A stretch of 64,000 nucleotides of DNA, from NCBI GenBank assembly GCA_951406725.2, contig OX597831.1, positions 23,188,001 to 23,252,000 of the forward strand, in the 5' to 3' direction. The position numbers were made by a program, and so were the translations under genes. This DNA is from Octopus vulgaris (lineage: Eukaryota). Under the pieces are notes generated by a model, which saw only the letters and a list, made by a program, of their open reading frames with translations, did no database searches and was not told the DNA's origin. This document shows positions 51,543 through 63,435 of the stretch, one piece after another (position 1 is the first letter of the stretch; the number at the start of each line of letters is the position of its first letter).

Positions 51543-51592
<50 letters not shown>

Positions 51593-52119
51593 ATATGTGT
51601 GTATGTATGTATATGTATGTATGTGTATGTATATATATATATATGTATGTATGTATGTATATATGTTTGTATATATATATATATGTGTGTATGTGTATAT
51701 ATATATATATGTATATATATGTTACATGTGTACTCACACATGTGTGTGTGTGTGTTCATTTACCTATGTATATACATTAAAATTATTCTTAGCTCAGGTT
51801 TGGCAAAGTTAATTTTCATATTTCTGCTAGTTGAAAACCCATTGTAAACTATTCTTGAACTAAATATAGTATTAATTCAGTAATTCAAAGTGTATTTATA
51901 TGTTCGAAATACACCAAGTGTACACATGCACACACGGACATGCAGACATGTGCACAGGAAGGCAGGAATATACAAGTGTATGCCACCATAATCTGCTCAT
52001 ACACACACACACACACAATGCTTAAATGTACCATACTCTGATACTGTAGAATATGTGTGTGTGTATAATTGTGTATGCGTGTACAGATGAGTGTGTGTGT
52101 GTATTTATCTGAAACCTTT

Positions 52120-52650
52120 GGCACTATGCTGTGCTTGAGAAGAAGACCCATCATACTGAGTGAAATTATAGTTATGGCAGATACTGGTGTTGGGCAAATG
52201 GCACTTGTGCCAGCAGTATGTAAAAGTGGTATGTAAGGCGGCGAGCTGGCAGAATCGTTAGCACGCCGGGCAAAATGCTTAGTGGTATTTCGTCTGCTGT
52301 TACATTCTGGGTTCAAATTCCGCCAAGGTCAACCTTGCCTTTCATCCTTTCGGGGTCGATAAATTAAGTACCAGTTACGCACTGGGGTCGATGTAATCGA
52401 CTTAATACCTATGTCTGTCCTTGTTTCTCCCCTCTATGTTTAGCCCCTTGTGGGTAATAAGGAAATAGGTATGTAAAAGCACCCATTACACTCTCAGAGT
52501 GGTTGGCATTAGGAAGGGCATTCATCTGTAGAAAATCATGCCAGATCAGAATAGCGTCTGGTACAGCCTTTCAGCTTGCCAGCCCTGGTCGAGCTGTCCG
52601 ACCCATGGACAGCATGGACAACAGACGTTAAATGATGATGGTGATGATGG
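52120..52650 (+). mobile_element. RTE-3'UTR-related element with nested SINE B1 (~52234-52468)
   Basis: GTATGTAAAAG repeated at 52216-52226 and 52469-52479; RTE-type end with (GAT)n at ~52630-52650. Confidence 0.8.
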
Positions 52651-53110
52651 CACAGGAGTGGCTGTGTGGTATGAAGCCTGCTTCTCAACCACATGGCTCC
52701 AGGTTCAGTCCCACTGCATGGCACCTTGGGCAAGTGTCTTCTATTATAGCCTTGGGCCGACCAAATCCTTGTGGGTGGTTTTTGGTAGACAGAAACTGAA
52801 AGAAGCCAATCATATAAATGTGTTGATATACTCTTTTACTCTTTTACTTGTTTCAATCATTTTGACTGCGGCCATGCTGGAGCACCATGCATTTGTGTGT
52901 ATTTGTGAGTCTGTGTTTGTTTTCCCACCATCATCTGACAACCGATGTTGGTATGTTTACATTCCCATAACTTAGTGGTTCAACAAAAGAGACTGATAGA
53001 ATAAGTACTAGGCTTACAAAGAATAAATCCCGGTGTCGATTTGTTCTACTAAAAGTTGGTGCTCCAGCATGGCCACAGTCAAATGCCTGAAACAAATGAA
53101 GGCATAAAAG
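52649..53110 (+). mobile_element. SINE A with an antisense SINE A tail inserted at ~52830-52890
   Basis: ctcttttactcttttacttgtttc...gctggagcacc interrupts the internal TA region. Confidence 0.82.
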
Positions 53111-53714
53111 AACAAAAGAATATGTATATGATCAGAAAACATGTATAATTCCTCTACCTTTTGTTTTATTTATTTTCTCTTACATTCTTTTACTTAATTG
53201 CTAATTGCCAATTATGTAACTTTAAGAGCATATTATATTTCGTTTTGGGATTTGATTTGCAAGATTCTTGATGTGAGTTCATGTGTTGAAGCATATTCTG
53301 TTGAAATTTCCACTTATTTCTTATATTTATTTCCTTGCAACCTTTTCAGAGTCAAGACTATTGAAAAGGTTGCAAGAAGCAATGAAAATTTTAGGAAAAT
53401 GAAAATAAGAAATAAATGGTAATTTTACCAGTGAGTGTCTTAAATTATAAGGCACAAAAAGAAAAATGACTCTCCGCAGGCATAACATTAAGAGAATACC
53501 CATAAATGATTATTGAAATGACGATGCTATTTAGAAGCACTCACACATGTGTGTGAATGTATGCCTGCATGCACATATATATATATATATATATATGTGT
53601 ATGTATGTATGCATATTATAGTGGGGTAGGCCGGTTTATGGGCCTACACCACTATAATATTAACTGCTTTACATTTTGGAGTGAACTTCTCCGGAATTTT
53701 TTATTTCTACAAAC

Positions 53715-53728
53715 GATATATGTATGTG

Positions 53729-53760
<32 letters not shown>

Positions 53761-53975
53761 TGTATGTATGTATGTGTGTATGTGTGTATGTATGTATGTA
53801 TGTATGTATGTATGTATGTATGTATGTATGTATGTATGCATGCATGTAGGTATGTAGGTAGGCAAGTATGTAGAAAGGTAGGTAGGTAGGTAGGTAGGTA
53901 TGAAGGTAGGTAGGTAGGTAGGTAGGTTAGTAGGTAGGTAAGCAGGTAGGAAGGTAGGTAGGTATGTAGGTAGGT
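53715..53975. repeat. (TATG)n grading into (GTAG)n
   Basis: Direct inspection. Confidence 0.95.
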
Positions 53976-54210
53976 AGTGAGCTGGCAGAATCGTTAGCAC
54001 GCCGGGTGAAATGCTGAGCGGTATTTCGTCTGCCGCTATGGTTCTGAGTTCAAATTCCGCCGAGGTCGACTTTGCCTTTCATCCTTTCAGGGTCGATTAA
54101 ATAAGTACCAGTTACATACTGGGGTCGATATAATCGACTTAATCCGTTTGCCTGTCCTTGTTTGTCCCTTCTGTGTTTAGCCCCTTGTGGGTAGTAAAAA
54201 AAAAATAGGT
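53975..54210 (+). mobile_element. Full-length SINE B1 in a (GTAG)n array
   Basis: Near-consensus. Confidence 0.92.
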
Positions 54211-54314
54211 AGGTAGGTAGGCAGGTAGGTAGGCAGGTAGGAAGGAAGGAAGGAAGGAAACAAGGAAGGAATGTATTTATGAATGCACATACACATAATT
54301 ATATGTATGGATAT

Positions 54315-54540
54315 CAGGACACAAATGGGTTCAGAGAAGACTTGGATATAAGAAATACGATATTTGGTATGCAAGAGAGGAAACTGTGTGCTGGAATGGA
54401 AATACGATGCACATAGAAGCTTCCTATCATATACAGAAGTCATCAAACTTGTAGAAGATGTGGATGCAAGAAGACATGGGAGAAAGGGACCTCAAGATGC
54501 TGAGCCTCACAAAAAAGATGACAATGTGCAGTAATGACTT
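54315..54540 (+). mobile_element. Possible very decayed RTE RT fragment
   Basis: Manual translation GFREDLDIRNTIFGM resembles GFRxxxGTRxAIF. Confidence 0.35.
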
Positions 54541-54584
54541 GTTAGCTTGTCTTACTGAAGAAGTTCTGTCCCTTGTGTGATCTG

Positions 54585-54766
54585 GTCTGGCTGCGTGGTA
54601 AGAAGATTGCTTCCCAACCACATGGTTCTTGGTTCAGTCCCACTGCATGGCATCTTGGACAGGCATCTTCCACTTTAGCCTTGGGTTGACTAAAGCTTTG
54701 TGAGAGGATTTGGTAGACAGAATCTGAAAGAAACCTGTTGTATGTGTGTATATATATATATATATA
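54585..54766 (+). mobile_element. SINE A 5' half; its TA tract hosts the RTE LINE
   Basis: tggctgcgtggtaag...ggttcagtcccactgcatggc...ggatttggtagac. Confidence 0.82.
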
Positions 54767-56091
54767 TTTGGGTTTGTCCCAGGGAAAAGCACCACTGATG
54801 CTATATTCCTGGTAAGGCAGCTGCAGGAGAAATACCTAGCCAAGGATAAGCCCCTGTACCTGGCTTTTGTTGACATGGAGAAAGCCTTTGATAGGGTCCC
54901 CCGATCCCTCATCTGGTGGTCAATGAGGAAACTAGGGATAGATGAATGGCTGGTGAGGGCTGTGCAAGCCATGTACAGAGATGCCGTAAGTAAGGTTAGA
55001 GTTGGCAACATGTACACAGAAGAATTCAAAGTAGAGGTTGGGGTCCACCAGGGTTCAGTACTCAGCCCCCTCCTATTTATCATAGTCCTCCAGGCAATAA
55101 CGGAGGAATTCAAGACAGGTTGCCCCTGGGAGCTCCTCTATGCTGACGACCTCGCTCTAATCGCTGAGTCACTATCAGAACTGGAGGAGAAGTTCCAGGT
55201 GTGGAAGGAGGGTTTAGAATCGAGGGGCCTTAGAGTCAACCTAGCTAAAACCAAAGTACTAATAAGTAGAAAGGTAGAAAACCCACAAATATCATCAGGA
55301 AGATGGCCCTGCTCGATCTGTAGAAAAGGTGTAGGTAGAAACTCTATAAGATGTACCCAGTGTAAGCTATGGACACATAAGAGGTGCAGCAATGTCAAAG
55401 GTAGGCTAACTGGGAAGATAGTTTTTGTATGTGGCAGGTGCTCTGGAGCACTGACCTCCGAAAATCTGCAGAAAACAACTTCTGTCACTTTCCGGGGGAA
55501 AAACTAGAAGTAGTTGATAGTTTCCGCTATCTAGGTGACCAAGTCAGTAGTGGGGGTGGGTGCGCTGAAAGTGTAACTGCTAGAATAAGAATAGCCTGGG
55601 CAAAGTTTAGGGAGCTCTTACCTCTGCTGGTGACTAAAGGCCTCTCGCTCAGAGTAAAAGGCAGACTGTATGATGCATGTGTACGAACAGCTATGCTACA
55701 TGGCAGTGAAACATGGGCCGTGACTGCTGAGGACATGCGTAAGCTCGTGAGGAACGAAGCCAGTATGCTCCGATGGATGTGTAATGTCAGTGTACTTACT
55801 CGACAGAGCGTTAGTACCTTGAGAGAAATGTTGTACCTAAGAAGCATCAGTTGTTGTGTGCAAGAGAGACGATTGCGCTGGTATGGTCATGTGGCGAGAA
55901 TGGATGAAGAGAGGTGTGTGAGAAAGTGCCAATCCCTAGCAGTTGAGGGAACCCGTGGAAGAGGTAGACCCAGGAAAACCTGGGACGAGGTGGTGAAGCA
56001 CGACCTTCGGACGTTAGGTCTCACCATGGAAATGACTAGAGACCGAGACCTATGGAAGTATGCTGTGCGTGAGAAGACCCGGCAAGACTAG
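54767..56091 (+). pseudogene. RTE ORF2 (RT, PHD-pattern insert, C-terminus), one frameshift near 55490-55500
   Basis: ORFs 54746-55507 and 55429-56091 join at SVTF/GEKLEVVDSFRYLG. Confidence 0.92.
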
Positions 56092-56341
56092 TGAAGCCAT
56101 AATCCGTGGCCCCTACCTGGGACGTAGTCAGTCCACCTGTGCATACCTTCCTTCTTGTGACACTTGTGAAGACCTGTTGAGGCAAGTGAGAATCGAATCG
56201 TATCAAATCAAATCGAACCAAATCAAAATAGATGAACATCAATGGAATTTGTATCCTTGTGGTACCAGTGCCGGTGGCACATAAGAAAACCATCCGAACG
56301 TGACCGTAGCCAGTACCGCAATGACTGGCCTCCATGCTGAG

Positions 56342-56665
56342 GGCACGTAACAAACACCATCCGAGCGTGGCCGTCCGCCAGCCTCGTCTAGCACCTGTGT
56401 CGGTGACACATAAGAAAACACCATCCGAGCGTGGCCGTCTGCCAGCCTCGTCTGGCACCTGTGTCGGTGGCACATAAAAAACACCATCCGAGCGTGGCCG
56501 TCTGCCAGCCTCGTCTGGCACCTGTGTCGGTGGCACATAAAAAACACCATCCGAGCGTGGCCGTCTGCCAGCCTCGTCTGGCACCTGTGTCGGTGGCACA
56601 TAAAAAACACCATCCGAGCGTGGCCGTCTGCCAGCCTCGTCTGGCACCTGTGTCGGTGGCACATA
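56342..56665 (+). repeat. 63-bp tandem repeat, 5 copies plus one diverged upstream unit, in the LINE 3'UTR
   Basis: GGCACATAAAAAACACCATCCGAGCGTGGCCGTCTGCCAGCCTCGTCTGGCACCTGTGTCGGT. Confidence 0.95.
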
Positions 56666-56844
56666 AAATCACCCACTACACTCTCGGAGTGGTTGGCGTT
56701 AGGAAGGGCATCCAGCTGTAGAAACACTGCCACATCTGACTGGCCTGGTGCAGCCTTCGGGCTTCCCAGACCCCAGTTGAACCGTCCAACCCATGCTAGC
56801 ATGGAAAGCGGACGTTAAACGATGATGATGATGATGATGATATA

Positions 56845-57384
56845 CAGATGTGGCTGTGTGGTAAAAAGGTTGCTTCTCAGTCACATGACTCTGGGTTCAG
56901 CCCTACTGCATGGCACCTTGCAAGTGGATTTGGGAGATGGAAATTGAAAGAAGCCTGTTGTGTGTGTATATATATATGCATGGGTGTGGCTGTATGGTAA
57001 GAAGCTTGCTTCTCAACCCACGTGATTCCAGGTTCAGTCCCACTGTGTGGAACCTTGGAAAAGTGTCTTCTGCCATACTCTTGGACTGACAAAAGCTTTG
57101 GGAATAGATTTGGTAGATGGAAAGTGAAAGAAGTCTGTCGTATATATATATATATATATTTATTTTTCTATTAGTGTGTCTTTTGTGTCGCTCTTTGTCC
57201 ACCATCACCACTTGACAACCAGTGTTGGTGTGTTTATGTCCCCATAACTTAGTAATTTGGCAAAAAGACTGATGGAATAAGTACAGGCTTAACAAACAAT
57301 TACTGGGATCGATTCATTTGACTAAAAATTCTTAAAGGTGCTGCTTCAGCATGGGCGCCATCTGATGACTGAAACAAGCAAATG

Positions 57385-57419
<35 letters not shown>

Positions 57420-57680
57420 CACACATATTTATATTTATATTTATGTTTGTGTATGTCTTTGTGTCTGTATCGGTCTCTAACTACTACATGGCAACTGGTG
57501 TTAGTTAGTTCATTACATCCCATTCACTTAGCAGTTCAGCAAAAGAGACCAAAAACATAAGAAGTGCATAGCTTAGAAAAGGAAAGAAGCACTGGTGTCA
57601 ATTCATTTGACTACAACTTCTCCAAGGTGTTGCCCCAGCATGGCCACAGTGTAATACTGAAAAGATAAAAGATAAAAAGA
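56845..57680 (+). mobile_element. Cluster of older SINE A copies and fragments (~56845-56960, 56980-57385, 57450-57680)
   Basis: Repeated heads and tails. Confidence 0.78.
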
Positions 57681-58494
57681 GAAACCTGATATTAAGATAG
57701 TTCTAAGGATGTAGGCTGGAATGTACAATATACCAAATTTGGATCTCTTCTTCATCATATTCTTGTTGAATCTCCATCCATGTTCCCTGTTTCTCTTTTG
57801 TCACTTCTCCTCTATCACTCACTCACTCTCCCTCTCTCTCTCTCTCTCTCGCTCACTCTCTCTCTCTCTCCTAATCATTGTACCATGCTTCCCTGCATTA
57901 TGGAAGGAAGGTGTGGATCCATCCTTATTCATTCCTACTTTCACTTTTATCCTTCCAAATTTCTTTCATCAGGAGTCATGGGTAATAAAGGTTTGTATCA
58001 CCTCTATCTGCGTTCGATATATTCTATCATTATTTTCCTGTATTTCTTGGTGTTAATACCTCTCCTGTGGTTTCACATTATGAGTATCCGTATGTCTCTC
58101 TTACCATCATTATCAGTAACTATTACTTGCTTTCTCTCTCTCTTGACAACAAGCATGTAGCTACCATCAATGTGGCTGCCATCACTGTCTCTCTTCTATC
58201 ACTATCCCCTCTACAAATTCCTTGCCCAAGTGACTCATTTTTCTTAACATCTCTCTTTCCTTATATTGTCTCATGAGACCTTTGGTTTGTTTTCTGGACC
58301 TGGAAGGGCATTGCCTGCAATCACTTCAACATCTGATGTGTAGTACACCGTACACCTGTACACGTGATGCTGATTTGATGGAGAGAATGAACTAATGTAC
58401 ATCACAAACATTTGATCTCTTATAAAATAAATCATTTGCGCAGGTTATTCACCAAGAAATTTCAGAATTACCTTCTTTGTCTTGAGAGACTACC

Positions 58495-59345
58495 ATTATT
58501 ATTATTGAGTGAGAGAGCAGTGCATGCCATCAAAGTGACACTGGGGTAAAATATACGAAGCCCAGTATACCCATCATGACTACTCATCTGATAAGGGTAC
58601 ACTAGGAACGTGCATCACAACCATGTGTGTGCGACATGGTAATCTCATATCAAGATAAACAGTGCATGACCTTGCAAGAGGGGCTCAGTTAGAATTTTCT
58701 TCTGGTCGAATAGCCCATCCCACTCAAAAGGTCCCTGAATAAGGGTTGTTTAAGGATGCTGAATGAAACACCTATTTTTCCAGAGGTGATTTATTCAAAC
58801 CCCAAGGAATCCCTCTCAACACATGGCTATGATGCTCCCCCACTACTTCTGCTAATGATCAGAGATGCACATATCTTCAGCCACAAAGGGACATGCTCAA
58901 CTGATTAAGGTCAAACAACTGACAAGCAAATCTGTGGTATTGAGCAGAATATTTGCTGTAGCCCATCTTTTATACCAAGACAAAACAATGCACATGATAA
59001 CACTTCCAATCAGTTAAGATCAGAAGCCACGAGAGCCACTGCCTGGTACTGCATTATTATTATTATTATTGAGTGAGAGAGCAGTGCATGCCATCAAAGT
59101 GACACTGGGGTACAAATATACGAAGCCCAGTATACTCATCATGACTACCTGTCTGATAAGGGTACGTAAAGGACATGCATCACAACCATATGTGCACGAC
59201 ATGGTGATCTTATATTGAGATAGTCAGTGTATAACCTTGTAGGTGGGGGCCCAGATAAAATTTCTTCAGGTCGAGTTAGCCCATCCCATCCAAAAGGTCC
59301 CTGAATAAGGGTTGTTTAAAGATGTTGAATGAAACACCCATGTTT
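58495..59345 (-). mobile_element. Family F, tandem pair: full copy 58495-59053 and truncated copy 59053-59345
   Basis: Both begin (ATT)n-gagtgagagagcagtgcatgccatcaaagtgacactgggg on the + strand. Confidence 0.88.
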
Positions 59346-59367
59346 GTATGGATTACATAGGGACATA

Positions 59368-59527
59368 CGGTATTTTAGCATGTATAAGGAACCCCTTAAT
59401 TTAGGGGCTTAAAATCTGGAAAAAAAGTTTTGTAACAGATTATAATACAATCCATGTATAAGAAACTCCCATATTTTTTCACCTAATTTTTGACAAAAAC
59501 GGGTTCCTTATACGCGTTAAAATACGG
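59368..59527. mobile_element. 160-bp Tc1/mariner-superfamily (Tc2/pogo-type) MITE
   Basis: TA at 59366-67 and 59528-29; 27-bp TIRs (23/27), right end ...AAAATACGG. Confidence 0.85.
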
Positions 59528-59959
59528 TATTTGTAGCATGCTTTTGTGGTTGGATGCTCTTTCTATTTACTCTGTGTATACACACACAAACACACACAGA
59601 CACGAAAACACACACACATGTGCACATGCACACATGGTCTCTCTCTCATACACACACACACAGACACTGACACACACTCAAACAGACAGATAAAGGTGGC
59701 ATGGAAAGTCGAATGTTACAAGCATACTTTACCGGAGATATAAAAGAGATGTGTATGAGATGGGTGGAGTGCTGGAATTGAAACCCTGACCCAATACATT
59801 GTTATCATGAAATTAGTGACCCATGGCCTTGGGTGATGTCAGTAGTTTCAGCTTTCACCAAGGTTTACAATTACGTCTGATTGGACATTGTATCAGATTA
59901 ATCAATATATTGCTGGCACTTAACGCTGGCCTGGCTACTCTTACAATTCATGCTGGCTC

Positions 59960-60783
59960 CACCATGACCACCACAACGATCACCACCACCAGCCCCACCA
60001 CTCCAACAACCATTACAACCACAAATGAAACTACTACAACCAAAAGCCACCACCACAGCTTCAGCCACCACAACCATCAGCTCTGCCACCTCCACCAACT
60101 CCATTGCCGGCACAACCACTACCACTACTACAACCCAAACCATCACCACCATCACCACAACCATCACCACAACCTCAACCGTCATCACAAATGAAAACAC
60201 TACAACCGAAACCACCACCACAGCTCCAGCCACCACAACCATCAGCTCTGCCACCTCCACCAACTCCATCGCCAGCACAACCGCTGCCACTACTACAACC
60301 CAAACCATCTCCACCACCGCAACGATCACCATAACCACAACCATCATCACAAATGAAAACACTACAACCAAAACCACCACCACAGCTCCAGCCACCACAA
60401 CCATCAGCTCTGCTACCTCCACCAAGTCCATCGCCAGCACAACCACTACACTACTACAACCCAAACCATCACCACAACCACAACCATCATCACAAATGAA
60501 AACACTACAACCGAAACCACCACCATGGCCACAGCCACCACAACCATCACCTTCAGCTCAGCTACCTCCCTAACCACTACCACCACTGTAACTACAACCA
60601 CCACCACAACTAAAACTGCCACACTCATTATCTCCGCAACCACCACCACTACAATCAAAACCACCACCTCAACCACACCTGGCCAACACAACTACTACTT
60701 CAACCACCACAAAGACAACTACCACCAACACTACCACCAAAACTACTATGACTACTAGTACTACCAACACTATATTATGAGAC

Positions 60784-60816
<33 letters not shown>

Positions 60817-61015
60817 TCAGATCTTTGTTACTACTTCCACATCTACTACTACTACCACCACCTCTACTACAACCACCACTCCACTTAATATTACTATCAT
60901 CTTCACTGCCACCAAAACTACTCATTAATTCCATCATTATCACTCCCATGACCACCACCACCACGACAACAATACCATTGCCACCACCACCACCACCATC
61001 ACTACCTCCACTATA
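59960..61015. repeat. ACC/ACT-rich tract with a ~143-166-bp higher-order unit (60021-60560)
   Basis: acaaatgaaa at 60021, 60187, 60349 and 60492. Confidence 0.88.
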
Positions 61016-61159
61016 ACTAATATTATTTCAAATAGACGGGTCATTTATAGACTGGAGGTATAAGATAATAGGAAGAATAACTATTAACCTTTATGGTCAA
61101 GAGGTCAAAGATCAGAAAACGTATTTAATATAAAAGGACAGTCGGAAGAAGAGACTACA

Positions 61160-61510
61160 CATATGTATGTATTACTTCATGTATGCGTGTGTGTGTGTGT
61201 GTGTGCAAAAGCGTGCGTGTGATAACATTCAATTATGTAAAATCGTGTGTGTGTATGCGTGTATGTTCATGTGTGTGCATGTGTGTGTATGTATCTGTAT
61301 GTGTCTGTGTCTGTGTGTGTATATGTGTCTGTGTGTGTATGTGTGTGTATATGTGTATGAGTACGTGTATGTGTGCCTGTGTCTGTGTGTTTATGTGTCT
61401 GTCTGTGTGTGTTTGTGTATGTGTGTGTATGTGTCTGTGTGTTTATGTGTCAGTCTGTCTGTGTTTGTGTATGTGTGTGTGTATGTATGAAAATATACAT
61501 GTGTTTGTAT
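61160..61510. repeat. (TG)n-rich cryptic microsatellite
   Basis: Direct inspection. Confidence 0.9.
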
Positions 61511-61949
61511 GACACTATTCACTTATGTAAAAGTACACGACCGTATGTGTGTTGTGTGTGTAATATACACTAATGTATTTCTACATATGGAGTTTGATTT
61601 ACAATGAATTCCATATGTGTATGTGTATGTATATATTTATGTGTACATGTGTGAGTATGTGTGAGAAAATATTCACTAATGTAAAAGCACACTATTGTGC
61701 GTGTGTGCGTTTGTGTCTGTAAAATACACAAACATATTTTTACATATGCAGTCTTATTTACAATCAAATCCTCTTCACACACACACACACACATATATAT
61801 ATGTGTGTGCGATGTGTGCACATATGCATGTGTGTATGTGCATATGCGTGTGCATGCCTATATGACTGCGCATGCACTTATGTACGAGAGTATGTCTGCA
61901 TGTATGCACTTATATGTGTGAATGTATGTCTGTGTATATATGTGTGTAC

Positions 61950-62090
61950 CATCATCATCATCATCATCATCATCATTATCACCATCATCATCGTTTAACG
62001 TCTGACTTCCATGCTGGTAGGGATGGGACAATTTGACAGGAACTGGCCGAGCAGAAGCCTGCACCAGACTTCTGCATCTGTTTTGGCATA
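61950..62090 (-). mobile_element. RTE 3'UTR end fragment
   Basis: (CAT)n-cgtttaacgtc...ttccatgctgg...ctgcaccag. Confidence 0.7.
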
Positions 62091-62425
62091 TAAATAAATA
62101 AAATTAATTCTAAAATAAAATTTCCCAGAACAACAAATTACTCATGTGTAATTCACTTTGAATGAACTCAATGAAAAATTTCCGAAAATATCTTGTAGAA
62201 GGCAGGTTCTCCCTCATTCGATGTTGACCTTTCTGCTGGACATGTATATATGCAAGCCAGGGAATGGTTATTCATGAAGAATACTAACAGGTGTTCATGT
62301 GTGCATGTCTCTAATCTTAGTGTGATTGGTTTTCATTTAAGAAGGAAAATAACTTCAGCCTGTGCAGCTTGGCACCAGTGTGACATTGCAAGCATTGCAA
62401 AGAACATGAAATGAACCCATAGGTC

Positions 62426-63160
62426 CAGGGCTGGATTAACACCCAGAGAGGCTCTAAGTGCTTAAAGGATTTCGGTGCCCCCTTATATAATAATTCAAAA
62501 TATAAACAATAATAAACCATAAAATAAATTTTTATTTTTCTAAATGGAACGAAATAAACAGTAAGATGGCAAATAATGCTTATTTTTGTATACTCTCTTT
62601 TACTCTTTTACTTGTTTCAGTCATTTAACTGTGGCCATGCTGGAGCACCGCCTTTAGTCGAGCAAATCGACCCCTGGGACTTATTCTTTGTAAGCCCAGT
62701 ACTTATTCTATTGGTTTCTTTTGCTGAACCGCTAAGTGACGGCGACGTAAACACACTAGCATCGGTTGTCAAGCAATGCTAGGGGGACAAACACAGACAC
62801 ACAAACATACACGCATATCCATATATATATACATATATACGATGGGCTTCTTTTCAGTTTCCGTCTACCAAATCCACTCACAAGGCTTTGGTTGGACCTA
62901 GGCTATAGTAGAAGACACTTGCCCAAGGTGCCACGCAGTGGGACTGAACCCAGTTGAAAAGTTTTCTCCTACTTTTTTGAATTACAAAGTCTTTGATCAG
63001 ATCCTCATTATGACACTATGAGCACTTTGAAATTATATTTCCGATCATATGAACTACTTTGAATATTTTAGCAAGCTTAAAGTGATTTCTTTTGTATTGT
63101 AAACCATTTACCACTTCTTTAGTATTTCCACTTCCTTTGGTGCCCAAAGCACAAGCTTAT
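62426..63160 (+). mobile_element. hAT-like non-autonomous element, second copy, interrupted by SINE A
   Basis: Starts CAGGGCTGGATTAAC; collinear with 29611-30977. Confidence 0.6.
62592..62953 (-). mobile_element. SINE A, slightly 5'-truncated
   Basis: Near-consensus. Confidence 0.92.
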
Positions 63161-63184
63161 TTTTCAACTGATGTTGATGTATTT

Positions 63185-63345
63185 ATATCGCTGTAACTTA
63201 GCAGTTCAGTAAAAGAGGCCATCAGAATAAGTACAAGGCTTAGGAAGAATAAGTCCTGGAGTCAATTTCTTCAGCTAAAACCCTTTAAGCTGGTGCTCCA
63301 GCATGGCCTCAGTCAGATGACTGAAACAAGTAAAAGAATAAAAGA
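63185..63345 (+). mobile_element. SINE A 3' fragment
   Basis: gtaacttagcagttcag...ggtgctccagcatggcctcagtcagatgactgaaacaagtaaaag. Confidence 0.85.
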
Positions 63346-63435
63346 ATATATGCATATCTATATGTATTTTATCGATGATGATGATGATGATGATGATTTT
63401 ACTTGTTTCTGTCATTAGAATGCTGCCATTCTGGT

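Larger units (their letters stand above)
54767..56839 (+). mobile_element. 5'-truncated RTE-clade LINE, ~2.07 kb
   Basis: RT motifs FVDMEKAFDRV, HQGSVLSPLLF, YADD (55139-55150), FRYLG, RLRWYGHVARM, RGRGRPRKTW; 750-bp 3'UTR; (GAT)n tail. Confidence 0.95.

Noticed and set aside
56342-56665. 63-bp array as a CRISPR array, or its 21-aa repeat ORFs as proteins
   Set aside because: Units are contiguous without unique spacers, there are no cas genes, and the context is a eukaryotic LINE 3'UTR; the ORFs follow from a unit length divisible by 3
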